Below are positions 19,715 through 30,461 of a stretch of 64,000 nucleotides of DNA, one piece after another. Within the stretch, counting starts at the first letter, position 1. Every line of letters starts with the position of its first letter. The stretch is from positions 32,001 through 96,000 of the forward strand of contig JBMOLF010000007.1 of assembly GCA_049325595.1 (NCBI GenBank), given 5' to 3'. This stretch comes from Candidatus Babelota bacterium. GTDB taxonomy: Bacteria; Babelota; Babeliae; Babelales; Vermiphilaceae. The notes beneath the pieces are model-generated. The model saw nothing but the letters and a program-made list of their open reading frames with translations, was not told where the DNA came from and searched no databases. A program made the position numbers and the translations under genes.

Positions 19715-21697
19715 GTGTTGTACATGCAGTTACTCTCTTATGTAACGGCCATGATAGGAGCATCACTTTTTGGGATGTGCGTGGTCGGCTTTTTATTTAG
19801 ATTAATAAAAGCAAGCAAAGTTGATGATCCAAAGGCAGGTCATATTGCTTGGGCAATTAGATCAGGTGCCATGACCTTCTTAAGGGAAGAATATCGTGTT
19901 ATTGCCGTAGTAGTAGCATTAGTGACTGGTTTAATGGCCTATGCTGTAGGTTTTATTGCAGCACTATTTTTTGTGTTTGGTTCTCTTCTTTCTATGATTA
20001 CCGGTTTGATTGGTATGCGTGCAGCGACCGAAGCAAACGTTCGTACTACTTTAGCTGCTCGTGACAAGGGTGAGCATGCAGCATTTTTAATGTCATTCTT
20101 TGGTGGTGGCGTAATGGGTTTTGCTGTTGCAAGCTTTGGTCTGTTGGGACTTGGTATCATTTTTTATTTATTTGTAGATAATCCAGATTTTGTAAAGATT
20201 TTAACGTGCTTTAGCATCGGTGCATCATTAGTAGCATTCTTTGCGCGAGTAGGTGGCGGTATTTTTACTAAATCAGCTGACGTTGGTGCAGATTTAGTTG
20301 GTAAAATTGAAGCGGGCATTCCTGAAGACGATCCACGTAACCCGGCGGTTATAGCTGATAACGTTGGTGATTGCGTTGGTGATACTGCCGGTATGGGTGC
20401 TGATATTTATGAGTCATATGTAGGGGCAATGGTTGCTTCAATCGTATTGGCAACTACTTTATATGGTCAAAATCTTCTCTATTTGACTATGCCGGTAATG
20501 CTTTCAGTTCTTGGTTTATTTGGTTCAGTTATTGGTTTAGTTTCTAATGCATTATTTAAACTTGAACCGGCTGCTATGTTGCGTAATGCAACTTATGTAG
20601 CAATTGCTGCATTGTTAGCAGGATCATATCTTTATATTTCTTACACTGGTATTGAACAAAGTCTTTTCATTGCTATTTTACTTGGTTGTGTTTCCGGTAT
20701 TTTAGTTGGATTAATTACTGAGTATTATACGGGCGGAACACCGGTAAAAAATGTTGCAGAAAGTGCCCGTTCTGGTGCAGCAACTAATATTATTTATGGG
20801 TTGTCTGTTGGTATGGAATCAACCGCAGTTCCTGTTGTGTTGCTTGCAATAATTGTATTGCTTGCCTACATCTATGGTGGCGGCTTGTTTGGTGTTTCAT
20901 TGTCTGCAGTTGCAATGTTGGCAACCGTTGGTATTACCATGACGGTTGATGCGTATGGTCCAATTGCTGATAATGCCGGCGGTATTTCTGAAATGGCAGG
21001 GTTTGGTCCTAGCGTGCGTAACATTACCGATAAGCTTGATGCTCTTGGTAATACAACTGCTGCAATGGGTAAAGGCTTTGCAATTGGTTCAGCATTATTA
21101 ACAGCGCTTGCAATGTTTAACGCCTATGCAAAAGAAGCACACATTAGTGTTCTTGATATTTTAGATCCATTTATTTTAGTGGGTGTATTTATCGGTTCTA
21201 TCTTGCCATTTGTTATTTCTTCTTTGACCATGCGTTCAGTTGGTAAAGCTGCGCTTCAAATGGTTATGGAAGTGCGCCGTCAATTTAAAGAAATTCCAGG
21301 ATTGATGGAAGGTAAAGCAGAACCTGATTACAAGCGTTGTGTTGCAATTAGTACCAAAGCAGCAATTAAAGAAATGATTTTGCCTGGCGTGATCACCGTT
21401 GCATTGCCTATTCTTATTCGCTTTACTCTTGGTAAAGAAGCTTTAGGCGGCATGCTTGTTGGCGCTACCTTAGTTGGTGTATTGCTTGCGCTTATGATGG
21501 CAAACGGTGGCGGTGCATGGGATAATGCGAAAAAATATATCGAAGCCGGTAACTTAGGTGGTAAAGGTTCTGATGCGCATAAAGCGGCTATCGTTGGCGA
21601 CACGGTAGGAGACCCATTCAAAGATACATCCGGTCCAGCATTAAATATTTTAATTAAGTTAATGTCGGTAGTTTCGTTATTATTAGTGTTAATTTAA
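19715..21697 (+). CDS. hppA: Membrane-bound ion-pumping pyrophosphatase, K+-dependent type
   Basis: [72 protein letters not shown]. Confidence 0.97.
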   Translation: MLYMQLLSYVTAMIGASLFGMCVVGFLFRLIKASKVDDPKAGHIAWAIRSGAMTFLREEYRVIAVVVALVTGLMAYAVGFIAALFFVFGSLLSMITGLIGMRAATEANVRTTLAARDKGEHAAFLMSFFGGGVMGFAVASFGLLGLGIIFYLFVDNPDFVKILTCFSIGASLVAFFARVGGGIFTKSADVGADLVGKIEAGIPEDDPRNPAVIADNVGDCVGDTAGMGADIYESYVGAMVASIVLATTLYGQNLLYLTMPVMLSVLGLFGSVIGLVSNALFKLEPAAMLRNATYVAIAALLAGSYLYISYTGIEQSLFIAILLGCVSGILVGLITEYYTGGTPVKNVAESARSGAATNIIYGLSVGMESTAVPVVLLAIIVLLAYIYGGGLFGVSLSAVAMLATVGITMTVDAYGPIADNAGGISEMAGFGPSVRNITDKLDALGNTTAAMGKGFAIGSALLTALAMFNAYAKEAHISVLDILDPFILVGVFIGSILPFVISSLTMRSVGKAALQMVMEVRRQFKEIPGLMEGKAEPDYKRCVAISTKAAIKEMILPGVITVALPILIRFTLGKEALGGMLVGATLVGVLLALMMANGGGAWDNAKKYIEAGNLGGKGSDAHKAAIVGDTVGDPFKDTSGPALNILIKLMSVVSLLLVLI

Positions 21698-21717
21698 TTA
21701 ATGTTATAAGTTATTAG

Positions 21718-21753
21718 GTCCCTGTGATATTAACATCACGGGGACTTTTTTTT
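21718..21753 (+). terminator. Intrinsic terminator after hppA
   Basis: GTCCCTGTGAT...ATCACGGGGAC followed by T8. Confidence 0.85.
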
Positions 21754-21764
21754 GGTAAAACAAG

Positions 21765-23129
21765 ATGAGATTTTATTATTTAATTCTATTGAGCTGTAGC
21801 GTTTATATTTTTGGTGCGGAAGATTTTATATGTCCTTCATTAAAAGAGTTTGCTTTAAAAAAGACGCTTGATTTAATGCCTAATCACGAAAATATGCGCA
21901 AAAATTTAACTCAAAAAATAGTTGCAGGTCAATTAGGTTATGCACTAGAAAAACCACTAGCTCGGAAAATAGTTGCTGATTCAGGAAATGAAATTGCGAT
22001 AGCCCAAGTGTTAATGAATAAGTTTTCAAGGCCTAGTTTTACTACTCATCTTATGATTGAGCCACATAGCAAGTGGAAATTATGCAATAATCATATTATT
22101 GTATTGCACTACCAAAAATTGCCCATTCTTCTCAATGCCATTACCGGCGAAAAAGAAACCGTTACTTTTTTACCATATAAAGACAATGAAAGGCTGATGT
22201 CCAATTGTTTTGCTATAAATCATGAGGGAGCGATAATAGCTCATGCAGAAGGTAAACAACATGAGAATAATTCTTACTATTCAATACTGTTGTGGAAACC
22301 GGAACAAAAAAAATTATTAAAAGAGATATCACTTAAAAAGAATTATATTCCACGTAAGATGGTATTTTCTGCTCAGGGCAAATTTATAGCATTATCTTAT
22401 ACAGCCAAGCGAAAAATTTATACCGACATATTAGATACTAAAACATTACATAAATTTAAAACCGTACAAGGGTCTTGCGGAAAATTTAGTAAGGATGAAC
22501 AAAAATTTTATTACTATACCACACCAGATAACGATAGTTTGTACGAACATTCTCTGCAATTAAACACAGGCATTGTTGATGATGATTTTAGAATAGTTGA
22601 AATGAAATGCTCAAAACGTTGTCATGAACCTGATTGTTTAAAAAGAAAAATAACATGGATGATAGATCAAAAAATAGTCTTGCATCATCAAACGGAAAAT
22701 ACCTTTTATCAAATTAAAAATGATACTATGGTCTTTCCTCAATTGTTTGTTGATGAAGTGCATGATGGCAGTGCATTAAAGCTAGGCAAAACGATTGAAA
22801 TTTATGATAACTTTATCAAAAAGAAAGTAGGTAATTTTACTATTCCAGGCGCATTATTTTCTGCGCAAATAGAATTGGTTTGTCCAAGAGCTGATCTTAT
22901 TGTTCTTTCAACCGAAAATTCGCCAAATTTACAAGTATATTCTATTAAAACCAATCAACTAATCCAGGAATTACCTAATGCCCGTGGTTTGAAAATTGAG
23001 TTAAGTCAAAATAATAATTATTTTATGTGCAAGGGGTACAATCGTTGGCAAATAATACCTACCCATCATTTTTATCTTGATCATACACCCGCGCAAGAAT
23101 TAGTAAAAACTGCTTTAAGTTTGAATTAG
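21765..23129 (+). CDS. Exported hypothetical protein, probable beta-propeller
   Basis: Signal peptide; repeated short beta-strand units (FAINHEG, VFSAQGK, FSKDEQ, LSQNNN); N-terminal PSLKEFA motif. Confidence 0.65.
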   Translation: MRFYYLILLSCSVYIFGAEDFICPSLKEFALKKTLDLMPNHENMRKNLTQKIVAGQLGYALEKPLARKIVADSGNEIAIAQVLMNKFSRPSFTTHLMIEPHSKWKLCNNHIIVLHYQKLPILLNAITGEKETVTFLPYKDNERLMSNCFAINHEGAIIAHAEGKQHENNSYYSILLWKPEQKKLLKEISLKKNYIPRKMVFSAQGKFIALSYTAKRKIYTDILDTKTLHKFKTVQGSCGKFSKDEQKFYYYTTPDNDSLYEHSLQLNTGIVDDDFRIVEMKCSKRCHEPDCLKRKITWMIDQKIVLHHQTENTFYQIKNDTMVFPQLFVDEVHDGSALKLGKTIEIYDNFIKKKVGNFTIPGALFSAQIELVCPRADLIVLSTENSPNLQVYSIKTNQLIQELPNARGLKIELSQNNNYFMCKGYNRWQIIPTHHFYLDHTPAQELVKTALSLN

Positions 23130-23140
23130 GTGATCGCTTT

Positions 23141-24004
23141 TTATTTTTGATTTTTATAATTTTGTATAAATTTCTTCAATTTAATTAGTTTTTCTTTTTT
23201 GGTTTGATCAAGTAGGTCATGTGCCGTGCGATTGTTATTGTTAGATATATCAAGAGAAATACCAGCATCTAAAAGTAGTTTGGCTTTTTTTTGTAAAATT
23301 TCATATTGATCATAAGAATAATTTATTAGATCATGAAATGCAGTATCTCCAAATATGTTTGTCTCATTTACCCTAACTCCATGTTGTGTATAAAAGGTGA
23401 TTAATTCTGGTTCATAGTCCAGCCCAGCTGCTACTTGATGAAGCACGGAGCAACCAAGATCTTTTTGTAAAGTGAATTGAGTATTATATTGAGCAAACAA
23501 TTCTGCCATTTTTACTGACTTTAACCAAAAAATAATAGGAGGACTACTATTTAATTTTTGATTCGGATTTGCACATTTGCCAAGTAGAAATTGTGACATG
23601 GGATAATCTTGATGCATAGCAGCACGATATAATGGGTTAGCGCAACCATACTTAGTTGTTTGATCCACAAAAGCGCCTGCAGCAATGAGGCATGCTGCGC
23701 CGCTACGTAGTCGATGATAATTTACATCATTGCTTCGCTCTAATATCTTTTTTAATAAATTATTTTTTGTTTCAGCTGTTAGAGATTGAATAGTTATCCA
23801 TTGAGCGGGATAATTTTTTTCAAAAAAATCATCTTCAATTTCTTTAGGGCATTTGCATTCTTCGGTAAGAAAATCTGCTAATTCTTGATTATCATCAACG
23901 TCAATTTTTGTTGTATAAACATGTGCGCTGGACTCAAACCAGTCAAATGATTTTATTTGATTGCAAGACGTTATAATAATGAGTGCCAAAAGAAGTCTAG
24001 TCAT
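23141..24004 (-). CDS. Exported ankyrin-repeat protein
   Basis: NPLYRAA, SVLHQVA, GDTAFHDL, LLLDAG; signal or lipobox-like IITSC. Confidence 0.85.
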   Translation of the reverse strand: MTRLLLALIIITSCNQIKSFDWFESSAHVYTTKIDVDDNQELADFLTEECKCPKEIEDDFFEKNYPAQWITIQSLTAETKNNLLKKILERSNDVNYHRLRSGAACLIAAGAFVDQTTKYGCANPLYRAAMHQDYPMSQFLLGKCANPNQKLNSSPPIIFWLKSVKMAELFAQYNTQFTLQKDLGCSVLHQVAAGLDYEPELITFYTQHGVRVNETNIFGDTAFHDLINYSYDQYEILQKKAKLLLDAGISLDISNNNNRTAHDLLDQTKKEKLIKLKKFIQNYKNQK

Positions 24005-24033
24005 AACCAGTTCCTTATTAATTCTGCATTGAA

Positions 24034-24215
24034 CTATTTTTTGTTAATCAATTTTTTCTTTAATCTTTTTACCGATAAAAAATGTTTAATAGCAAGTAGG
24101 CTTTGTACACTATCAATACTGTTGATTTCTTCTAGCGCTGTTTTTTCCATTGCTGCACTTGAAAAAAAATGATAGGTGTAAAGCAATGAATTAACGTAAG
24201 AATATAATAGAGCAT
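24034..24215 (-). pseudogene. Frameshifted small exported protein of the signal+MEK type
   Basis: AAGGA RBS and ATG at 24215. One extra T in the T8 run (24162-24169) would give MLYYILTLIHCFTPIIFFSSAAMEKTALEEINSIDSVQSLLAIKHFLSVKRLKKKLINKK*. Confidence 0.5.
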
Positions 24216-24314
24216 ACGATTCCTTTTTTGGCCTCTAAACATGATATATTAAGTTATTTGGCATTTTTGGTAAACCTTTGACTCATCTTTACTATTTTCT
24301 CTACCGTTAGATTA

Positions 24315-25517
24315 ATGTTGATAGTAAAATTGAGGTTCAAGGAATTAATGATGAAAAATTCATTTAATCGTACCGTGTGGGGATTTGGGTTAGCCAGTTT
24401 TTTTGGTGATTTTGGTTATGAGATGGCCAATGTTCTTTTGCCCTTGTTGGCCGTGATGGTTGCGGGTTCCCATGCGCCGGCTACGCTTGGCTTAGCTGTA
24501 GGGCTAGCAGCGGGTATTGCTGGGTTGCTACGTGTATTGTTTGGTTGGATAAGTGATCACGTAACAGAAAAAAGATTTTTAATTGCATCAGGCTATGGTA
24601 TTACTGCCGTGTGTAATGCGTTACTCGGTTTTGCAACGCAAACTTGGCATATTATTTGGAGCCAAATCGGTGCATGGACTGGTAGTGCTATGCGAGAGCC
24701 GGGGCGTGATGCTATTTTATCGGGTTTAGGTGATTCACCTACTGTTGTTAAAGCATTTAGTATTGAGCGCGCAATGGATACCTTAGGTGCATTAGTTGGC
24801 CCTTTGTGTGCATTTTTCTTAATCAAATTCATGTCGGTTCGTTCTTTGCTTTTTTTAACTCTTATACCAGGACTTTGCGCAGCCGTAACAATAATAACTT
24901 TGGCTTCTGTTACTTCCGGAATAACAACACACGCATCTCGTTTGCGAATTAAAGATATAGCTCAGTTACCAAGCGAATTTAAAAACTTTTTACTTACCAT
25001 GCTCTTATTTGGTATTGGTAATTTGAGCAAAACATTTTTAGTATTGCGGGCTGCTCAAACCTTCGGTATTCAAACCGATGCTATTGTGGCAAGCAGTTAT
25101 GCAATTGAAATATACATATTTTTTAATGCCGTCCGTGCCATAACCGAATTTACTTTAAGTTTTTTTAACCGTTTTTTGACCAAGCGCTGGTGGATTTTAA
25201 TAGGATTTGGCGCATTTATGGTAGCCTCACTATTACTTATAATAGCTGGAAATACCTTTACTTTATGGGGACTTGTGGTACTTATGATAGGTATGAGCAA
25301 TGGCATTATTTCGGTGATGCAACGGGCATATGCGGCTGACTTTCTGCCAGAACAGATTCGGAGTACTGGTTATGGGCTACTTTCCATGGTTGGAAATTTA
25401 TCCGGCGTAATTTCAAGTATTGTAGTCGGTGCATTATGGACATATGTTGGCGCACCAGTTGCTTTTATGTATACGGCAACAACGGCTTTGTTAGCATTAT
25501 TGTTATTTGGGCGATGA
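24315..25517 (+). CDS. MFS transporter
   Basis: About 12 TM helices; FGWISD, REPGRDA, ERAMDTLGALVGP, RSTGYG. Confidence 0.9.
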   Translation: MLIVKLRFKELMMKNSFNRTVWGFGLASFFGDFGYEMANVLLPLLAVMVAGSHAPATLGLAVGLAAGIAGLLRVLFGWISDHVTEKRFLIASGYGITAVCNALLGFATQTWHIIWSQIGAWTGSAMREPGRDAILSGLGDSPTVVKAFSIERAMDTLGALVGPLCAFFLIKFMSVRSLLFLTLIPGLCAAVTIITLASVTSGITTHASRLRIKDIAQLPSEFKNFLLTMLLFGIGNLSKTFLVLRAAQTFGIQTDAIVASSYAIEIYIFFNAVRAITEFTLSFFNRFLTKRWWILIGFGAFMVASLLLIIAGNTFTLWGLVVLMIGMSNGIISVMQRAYAADFLPEQIRSTGYGLLSMVGNLSGVISSIVVGALWTYVGAPVAFMYTATTALLALLLFGR

Positions 25518-25793
25518 TACATACGCTTTTTGCAGTAGAGAAAAATAAGATTTTTGTGTTGTTACATCAAACTGATAAACCATAGCATTCGCACACCATC
25601 CACATGTTATTTGACCTGTTTGTTTATCAAGTACTGCAAAAATGGGAATGCCCATATTGGTTAGCCCATGATACACTTCTTCAGTTTCATTATTGGCAGT
25701 AGCTTTAATAACGCGACTAACGGTAAAAGATTCGCTAGAATAGACAATGGTGGTAATTTGAAGCAATAACATTGCTACAATATAGATTTTCAT
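25503..25793 (-). CDS. Small exported hypothetical protein
   Basis: Signal peptide; AAGGA RBS. Confidence 0.55.
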   Translation of the reverse strand: MKIYIVAMLLLQITTIVYSSESFTVSRVIKATANNETEEVYHGLTNMGIPIFAVLDKQTGQITCGWCANAMVYQFDVTTQKSYFSLLQKAYVSSPK

Positions 25794-25931
25794 GCTGATT
25801 TTCCTTTTTTTTACTAATTTTTTACACTAATAATCATGAGACTTCTTCGATTATATGGGCGTATAGTACCCTGTTTATGGCTTTTCATTTTTTTGCTATC
25901 CTGGAATTATAGTTACCATAAGGAATCATTC

Positions 25932-28658
25932 TTGAAAACATTCGAACCAAAACATACTGTTTTTTTAATTGATGGCTCATCTTTTTTGTACCGAGCTTAT
26001 TATGGCGTAAGACCCTTGCATACCTCTAAGGGTGTTCCTGTGCAAGCAGTGTTTAGTTTTTGCCGTATGATCAAAAAATTGGTGGACAATTTTTCACCTG
26101 AATACATAGCAATTGTCTGGGATAGTAAAGGCAAAACTACCCGTCATGAGATGTATCAAGAATATAAAGCAACTCGCCAAGCACCGCCAAGCGATTTATT
26201 TGAGCAAAAAGCTCTAATTGTTGAATTTGCCAATTTGATTGGCATTGCTCAAATTCAGCAACAAGGCATCGAAGCGGATGACATTATGTATAGCATTGCT
26301 CAAGAGCGCGCAAATGAAGGCGATACCACTGTTTTAGTAACTTCAGATAAAGATATGGGTCAAGCCTTGAATGGTTCAATAGTTCTTTATGATGCCTTCA
26401 AAGATAGCTTTATGAATACTCCTGCTTTTGAACAAAAATATGGATTTGCTCCTGATAAGCTTGCATTTTATTTTGCTCTTCTTGGCGATACCTCAGATAA
26501 TATTCCGGGGGTAAAGGGCATTGGTGATAAAGGCGCAACTGATTTGGTTAAGCAGTTTGCGAGCCTGCAAGATATGTATGACAACCTTGATAAGGTTACT
26601 AAAGAGCGTGTAAAGTCTGCATTACTTGCCAATAAAGATAATGCCTTTTTAAGCTATCAACTCTTTGTGCTCCAATACCATCAATCAGGATTATCAAAAG
26701 AACAAATGTTCTTTAATAAAGAAAACTGGGTAAAAGCTCGGGAATTTTTTGCTGAGCTAGATTTTAAGAGTTTAGTAAAAGAAATTGATCAGCAAATTGC
26801 TATAGCTGGTGGCGTTGTGCCTTCGGTCGCCAAAAAAATGGCGCAGTATGAATTTATCACGGTGACTACAACCCAACAACTGGTCGATTTATGTCATGCT
26901 CTTAAAGAAAAAAAAGCTTTTGGTGTTGATACGGAGACAACTGGTTTAGACGCAATGGCAAATGATTGCGTAGGAATTTCTATTAGCGTGGAAGCTGGCA
27001 AATCTTATTATGTACCATTTGGCCACAAAACGGGGGAGCAACAATTAACTAAAGAAGAAATTTTTACTGCCCTAAGACCCTTTTTTGAAGATGCAAATTA
27101 TAAAAAATATTTTCACAATGCAAAATTTGATTTACATGTTTTAGAACAAGCAGGTTTAACGGTTAACGGTCTTGCATTTGATACGCTGGTTGCGGCTAAC
27201 TTAGTGGTAAAAGAATGGCAGCGGATTGGTCTTAAATATTTATCAGAATATTATTTTGACGAACCAATGCTTACCTTTGAAGAAGTAGTAAAAAATAATA
27301 AATATAAAAATTTTTCTTATGTTCCATTAGAACTGGCAACAACCTATGCAGCAAGTGATGCTCATCAAACGCTGCGGCTTGTTCCTTTGCTTGAAAAAGA
27401 GCTAAAGCAAGAGAAAATGGAAGACCTTTACAATCAAATTGAATTTCCATTAATTTCTGTTTTATATGAAATGGAAAAGAGGGGAATTTATTTAGATGTT
27501 AAGCAATTAGAAGAATTAAATAAGCGTGTTACGCAAGAAATTAAATCACTTGAAGCGCAAATAATACTATTGGCTGGTGAAAAATATCGCGATATAAATT
27601 TGAATTCTCCGCGACAAATTGAACAATTGCTTTTTGTAGAGTTGCAATTGCCACCACAAAAAAAGAGCGCTAAAGGTACCAGTTATTCTACCGATCAAGA
27701 AGTGTTAGAGGCATTGGCAGCAATTCATCCAGTTCCTGGATTGTTATTGCGTTATCGCGAACTATTTAAATTAAAAAGTACTTATATAGACGCATTGCCA
27801 AATTACGTAAATCCCAAGACAGGATGCATTCATACTACCTATAGCCAAACAGCGGTTGCAACTGGACGTCTATCAAGCTATGACCCCAATTTGCAAAATA
27901 TACCAGCAGACAGCTCAGGATATGGTATAGAAATCCGAGGCGCATTTAAACCAAAGCCTGGACATATTTTCCTTTCTGCTGATTATTCTCAAATTGAGTT
28001 ACGAGTATTGGCGCATTTATCGCAGGATAAAAATTTAATAGATGCCTTTTTGGCAGGCCATGATATTCATGCTCAAACCGCATCACGTTTGTTTGATGTG
28101 CCATTAGCTCTTGTTAGCCATGAACAACGACAAATTGGTAAACGAATTAATTTTAGTATTTTATATGGTTTAACGCCCTATGGATTGTCAAAAGACCTTA
28201 ATATTCCGTTTAAAGAAGCTAAGCACTATATTGAAAAATATTTTGCTCAATATCCTGGCGTGCAAGAATGGATGGAAAAGGTGATTGTTGATTGTAAGCA
28301 TACCGGTTATGTGCAAACCTTATGGGGCCATCGTCGCTATGTGCCAACTATTCATGAAAAAAATCGCGTAATGTATGAAGAAGCTCGTAGAATTGCCATC
28401 AATACCGTAGCGCAAGGAACCGCGGCCGATATCATGAAAATTGGTATGATCAACCTTGATCGTGCATTAAAAGAGCAAGGACTTGATGCCCATTTGGTAT
28501 TGCAAATTCATGACGAACTGCTTATTAGTGTTCATGAATCACAAAAAGAGCAGGCTGAGCAATTAACTAAATCTATGCTGCAATCGGTAGTGAATTGGGA
28601 AATTCCATTATCAGTGACAACGCGTTTTGGTTCTGATTGGAAAGAAGTTACTAAATAA
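25932..28658 (+). CDS. polA: DNA polymerase I
   Basis: LIDGSSFLYRAYY, EADD, GDTSDNIPGVKGIG, DTETTG, TGRLSS, ADYSQIELR, INFSILYG, QIHDEL. TTG start at 25932 has an AAGGA RBS (track start 25836). Confidence 0.97.
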   Translation: MKTFEPKHTVFLIDGSSFLYRAYYGVRPLHTSKGVPVQAVFSFCRMIKKLVDNFSPEYIAIVWDSKGKTTRHEMYQEYKATRQAPPSDLFEQKALIVEFANLIGIAQIQQQGIEADDIMYSIAQERANEGDTTVLVTSDKDMGQALNGSIVLYDAFKDSFMNTPAFEQKYGFAPDKLAFYFALLGDTSDNIPGVKGIGDKGATDLVKQFASLQDMYDNLDKVTKERVKSALLANKDNAFLSYQLFVLQYHQSGLSKEQMFFNKENWVKAREFFAELDFKSLVKEIDQQIAIAGGVVPSVAKKMAQYEFITVTTTQQLVDLCHALKEKKAFGVDTETTGLDAMANDCVGISISVEAGKSYYVPFGHKTGEQQLTKEEIFTALRPFFEDANYKKYFHNAKFDLHVLEQAGLTVNGLAFDTLVAANLVVKEWQRIGLKYLSEYYFDEPMLTFEEVVKNNKYKNFSYVPLELATTYAASDAHQTLRLVPLLEKELKQEKMEDLYNQIEFPLISVLYEMEKRGIYLDVKQLEELNKRVTQEIKSLEAQIILLAGEKYRDINLNSPRQIEQLLFVELQLPPQKKSAKGTSYSTDQEVLEALAAIHPVPGLLLRYRELFKLKSTYIDALPNYVNPKTGCIHTTYSQTAVATGRLSSYDPNLQNIPADSSGYGIEIRGAFKPKPGHIFLSADYSQIELRVLAHLSQDKNLIDAFLAGHDIHAQTASRLFDVPLALVSHEQRQIGKRINFSILYGLTPYGLSKDLNIPFKEAKHYIEKYFAQYPGVQEWMEKVIVDCKHTGYVQTLWGHRRYVPTIHEKNRVMYEEARRIAINTVAQGTAADIMKIGMINLDRALKEQGLDAHLVLQIHDELLISVHESQKEQAEQLTKSMLQSVVNWEIPLSVTTRFGSDWKEVTK

Positions 28659-28682
28659 TTATTTTTATTTAGGTGTCCGGGG

Positions 28683-29045
28683 CTATTTTTTTAGATTTTC
28701 ATGTAAAAGTTTAGCATTAACCCGGGTAAAATAATCGATTGCTTGTTCAAGCGTCATGCTATAAAGATTTGGATGTTCAAATTTTGTTCCTTTAAGCTTA
28801 TCATATGTTATATTTAAATGATTGATTAATTGGGTAAAAGAATCGCAACTACGAATAATCAAATCCGGATTTATTTTTAAAGAATCCGCATTAAAATTTT
28901 GTTGTTTTAAAAGAATAATTTTAGCTTGTAAAACAGCAATGGAATCATGTTTTTCAGGAATCATAATATTGTTGCTCATTGCCTTGTTTGTTAGATGAAC
29001 TGTGGCTGAGAAGAGTAACAAAGTGATAAATGCTATTTGCTTCAT
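28683..29045 (-). CDS. Exported hypothetical protein
   Basis: GGGAG RBS; signal peptide ending ...KA then MSN. Confidence 0.6.
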   Translation of the reverse strand: MKQIAFITLLLFSATVHLTNKAMSNNIMIPEKHDSIAVLQAKIILLKQQNFNADSLKINPDLIIRSCDSFTQLINHLNITYDKLKGTKFEHPNLYSMTLEQAIDYFTRVNAKLLHENLKK

Positions 29046-29063
29046 ATTCTCCCTTTTTGATTT

Positions 29064-29765
29064 TTAGTAAGCTTTGTAATGTAACATTTCTAAATATAAT
29101 TTATCTTGTTGCAATGCTTCTGGATGGGCTACCCATTTATTGCTAGATAATACTAATTCTGCAATGCGCTCATAGTAATACAAAGGGGTTAAGCCATAAT
29201 CATCTTCAATATAGGGGTTTGCGCCATGAGCAAGCAAGGCATGAACAATATTTTGTTGGTTTAGAGTTAATTTTTTATTGGGCCATTCTTTATTTATTAA
29301 AATGGCATAGGTTAATGGTGTTTGCCCCAAATCGTCTTGCGCATTAACATCGGCCTCTTGCTCGAGCAAATAAAGAACCATAGGTAGATTTCCTTTGCTG
29401 CAGGCAAGCATGAGTGGCGTAACGCCGCCATGTTCATTAGAAAGTAATGAAAAAGAAAAATCTTTACTGTTCTTATTTTTGTAATTCACATTGGCACGAG
29501 CTGATACAAGAAGTTGTGCAATATTAAGATGACCTAAATAAGATGCAAAATGCAAAGGAGTATTGTGATTTGTATTAATAGCATTTGGATCAGCTTTTCT
29601 GCGCAATAAAGAATTTGTTTGGATTGTATTACCTCGTTTTGCCGCCTCAATGAGGGCATGATTAATCATGGCTTGTTGGCGTATAGGTAATTCACTTGGA
29701 GTGGTAATGCAGCAGAAAAGTGAGGCTGCTATGAAAAATAGCTGAAAAATGTGTTTCATAACCAA
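29064..29765 (-). CDS. Exported ankyrin-repeat protein
   Basis: NTPLHFAS, VTPLMLAC, GQTPLTYA, GLTPL. Confidence 0.9.
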   Translation of the reverse strand: MVMKHIFQLFFIAASLFCCITTPSELPIRQQAMINHALIEAAKRGNTIQTNSLLRRKADPNAINTNHNTPLHFASYLGHLNIAQLLVSARANVNYKNKNSKDFSFSLLSNEHGGVTPLMLACSKGNLPMVLYLLEQEADVNAQDDLGQTPLTYAILINKEWPNKKLTLNQQNIVHALLAHGANPYIEDDYGLTPLYYYERIAELVLSSNKWVAHPEALQQDKLYLEMLHYKAY

Positions 29766-29984
29766 CCTTTTTTAGTTAATATCGAAGCTTTTAATTATTT
29801 ATTTTTATTTCTAAGAAAAATTCTACCCCAAATGAGTTTTTTGTCAATTTAATCATTCAGAGAGTAAGGGCATGAAATTTTCAAATTGTTAACATGAGAA
29901 ATTTCCAAGATAGAATGCCAAAATTATTATTTAATTAGAAAATTTTGATATGGAGTGATATAGAGTAAAAATCTCTAAGAATGA

Positions 29985-30014
29985 TTGACATTTTTATAGA
30001 CAAGGTCATACTAT
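29985..30014 (+). promoter_or_regulatory. Putative sigma70 promoter for rpmA
   Basis: TTGACA-N18-TACTAT. Confidence 0.5.
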
Positions 30015-30107
30015 ACATGATCTTTGATTAGATTCATGTCAGTATAGTCTATCAAAAAACAAACGTTTCATTTGATAAATATCACATAATATTTTTAAAG
30101 GATTGCG

Positions 30108-30368
30108 ATGGCAACGAGTAAATCCGGTGGTTCGACGCAGAATGGTCGCGATAGTATAAGTAAACGTTTAGGCGTCAAAATTTTTGATGGCCAAGTAGTT
30201 AACGGCGGCGAAATTATAGTTCGTCAACGCGGCACACGCATTCATGCAGGAAAATTTGTAGGAAAAGGAAGTGACGATACCTTGTTTGTATTAAAACCAG
30301 GGATATTAAAGTTCCATTATGGTCCTAAAGGTCGTCGTTACGTTTCAGTAGTTCCAGTAGCTCAGTAA
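30108..30368 (+). CDS. rpmA: 50S ribosomal protein bL27
   Basis: [24 protein letters not shown]...IIVRQRGT...DDTLF. Confidence 0.97.
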   Translation: MATSKSGGSTQNGRDSISKRLGVKIFDGQVVNGGEIIVRQRGTRIHAGKFVGKGSDDTLFVLKPGILKFHYGPKGRRYVSVVPVAQ

Positions 30369-30461
30369 ACATATTGTTTTCTAGCTGGAAATGCATTCCC
30401 CTAGTTATCCCAGTATGAAGTATAGAAAAAACGAGAAAAATCTAGTTTTACGGAGAGAGCA

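Noticed and set aside
23957..24172. Plus-strand 71-aa ORF
   Set aside because: No RBS and no recognisable features; the minus strand has an RBS and a signal+MEK remnant.
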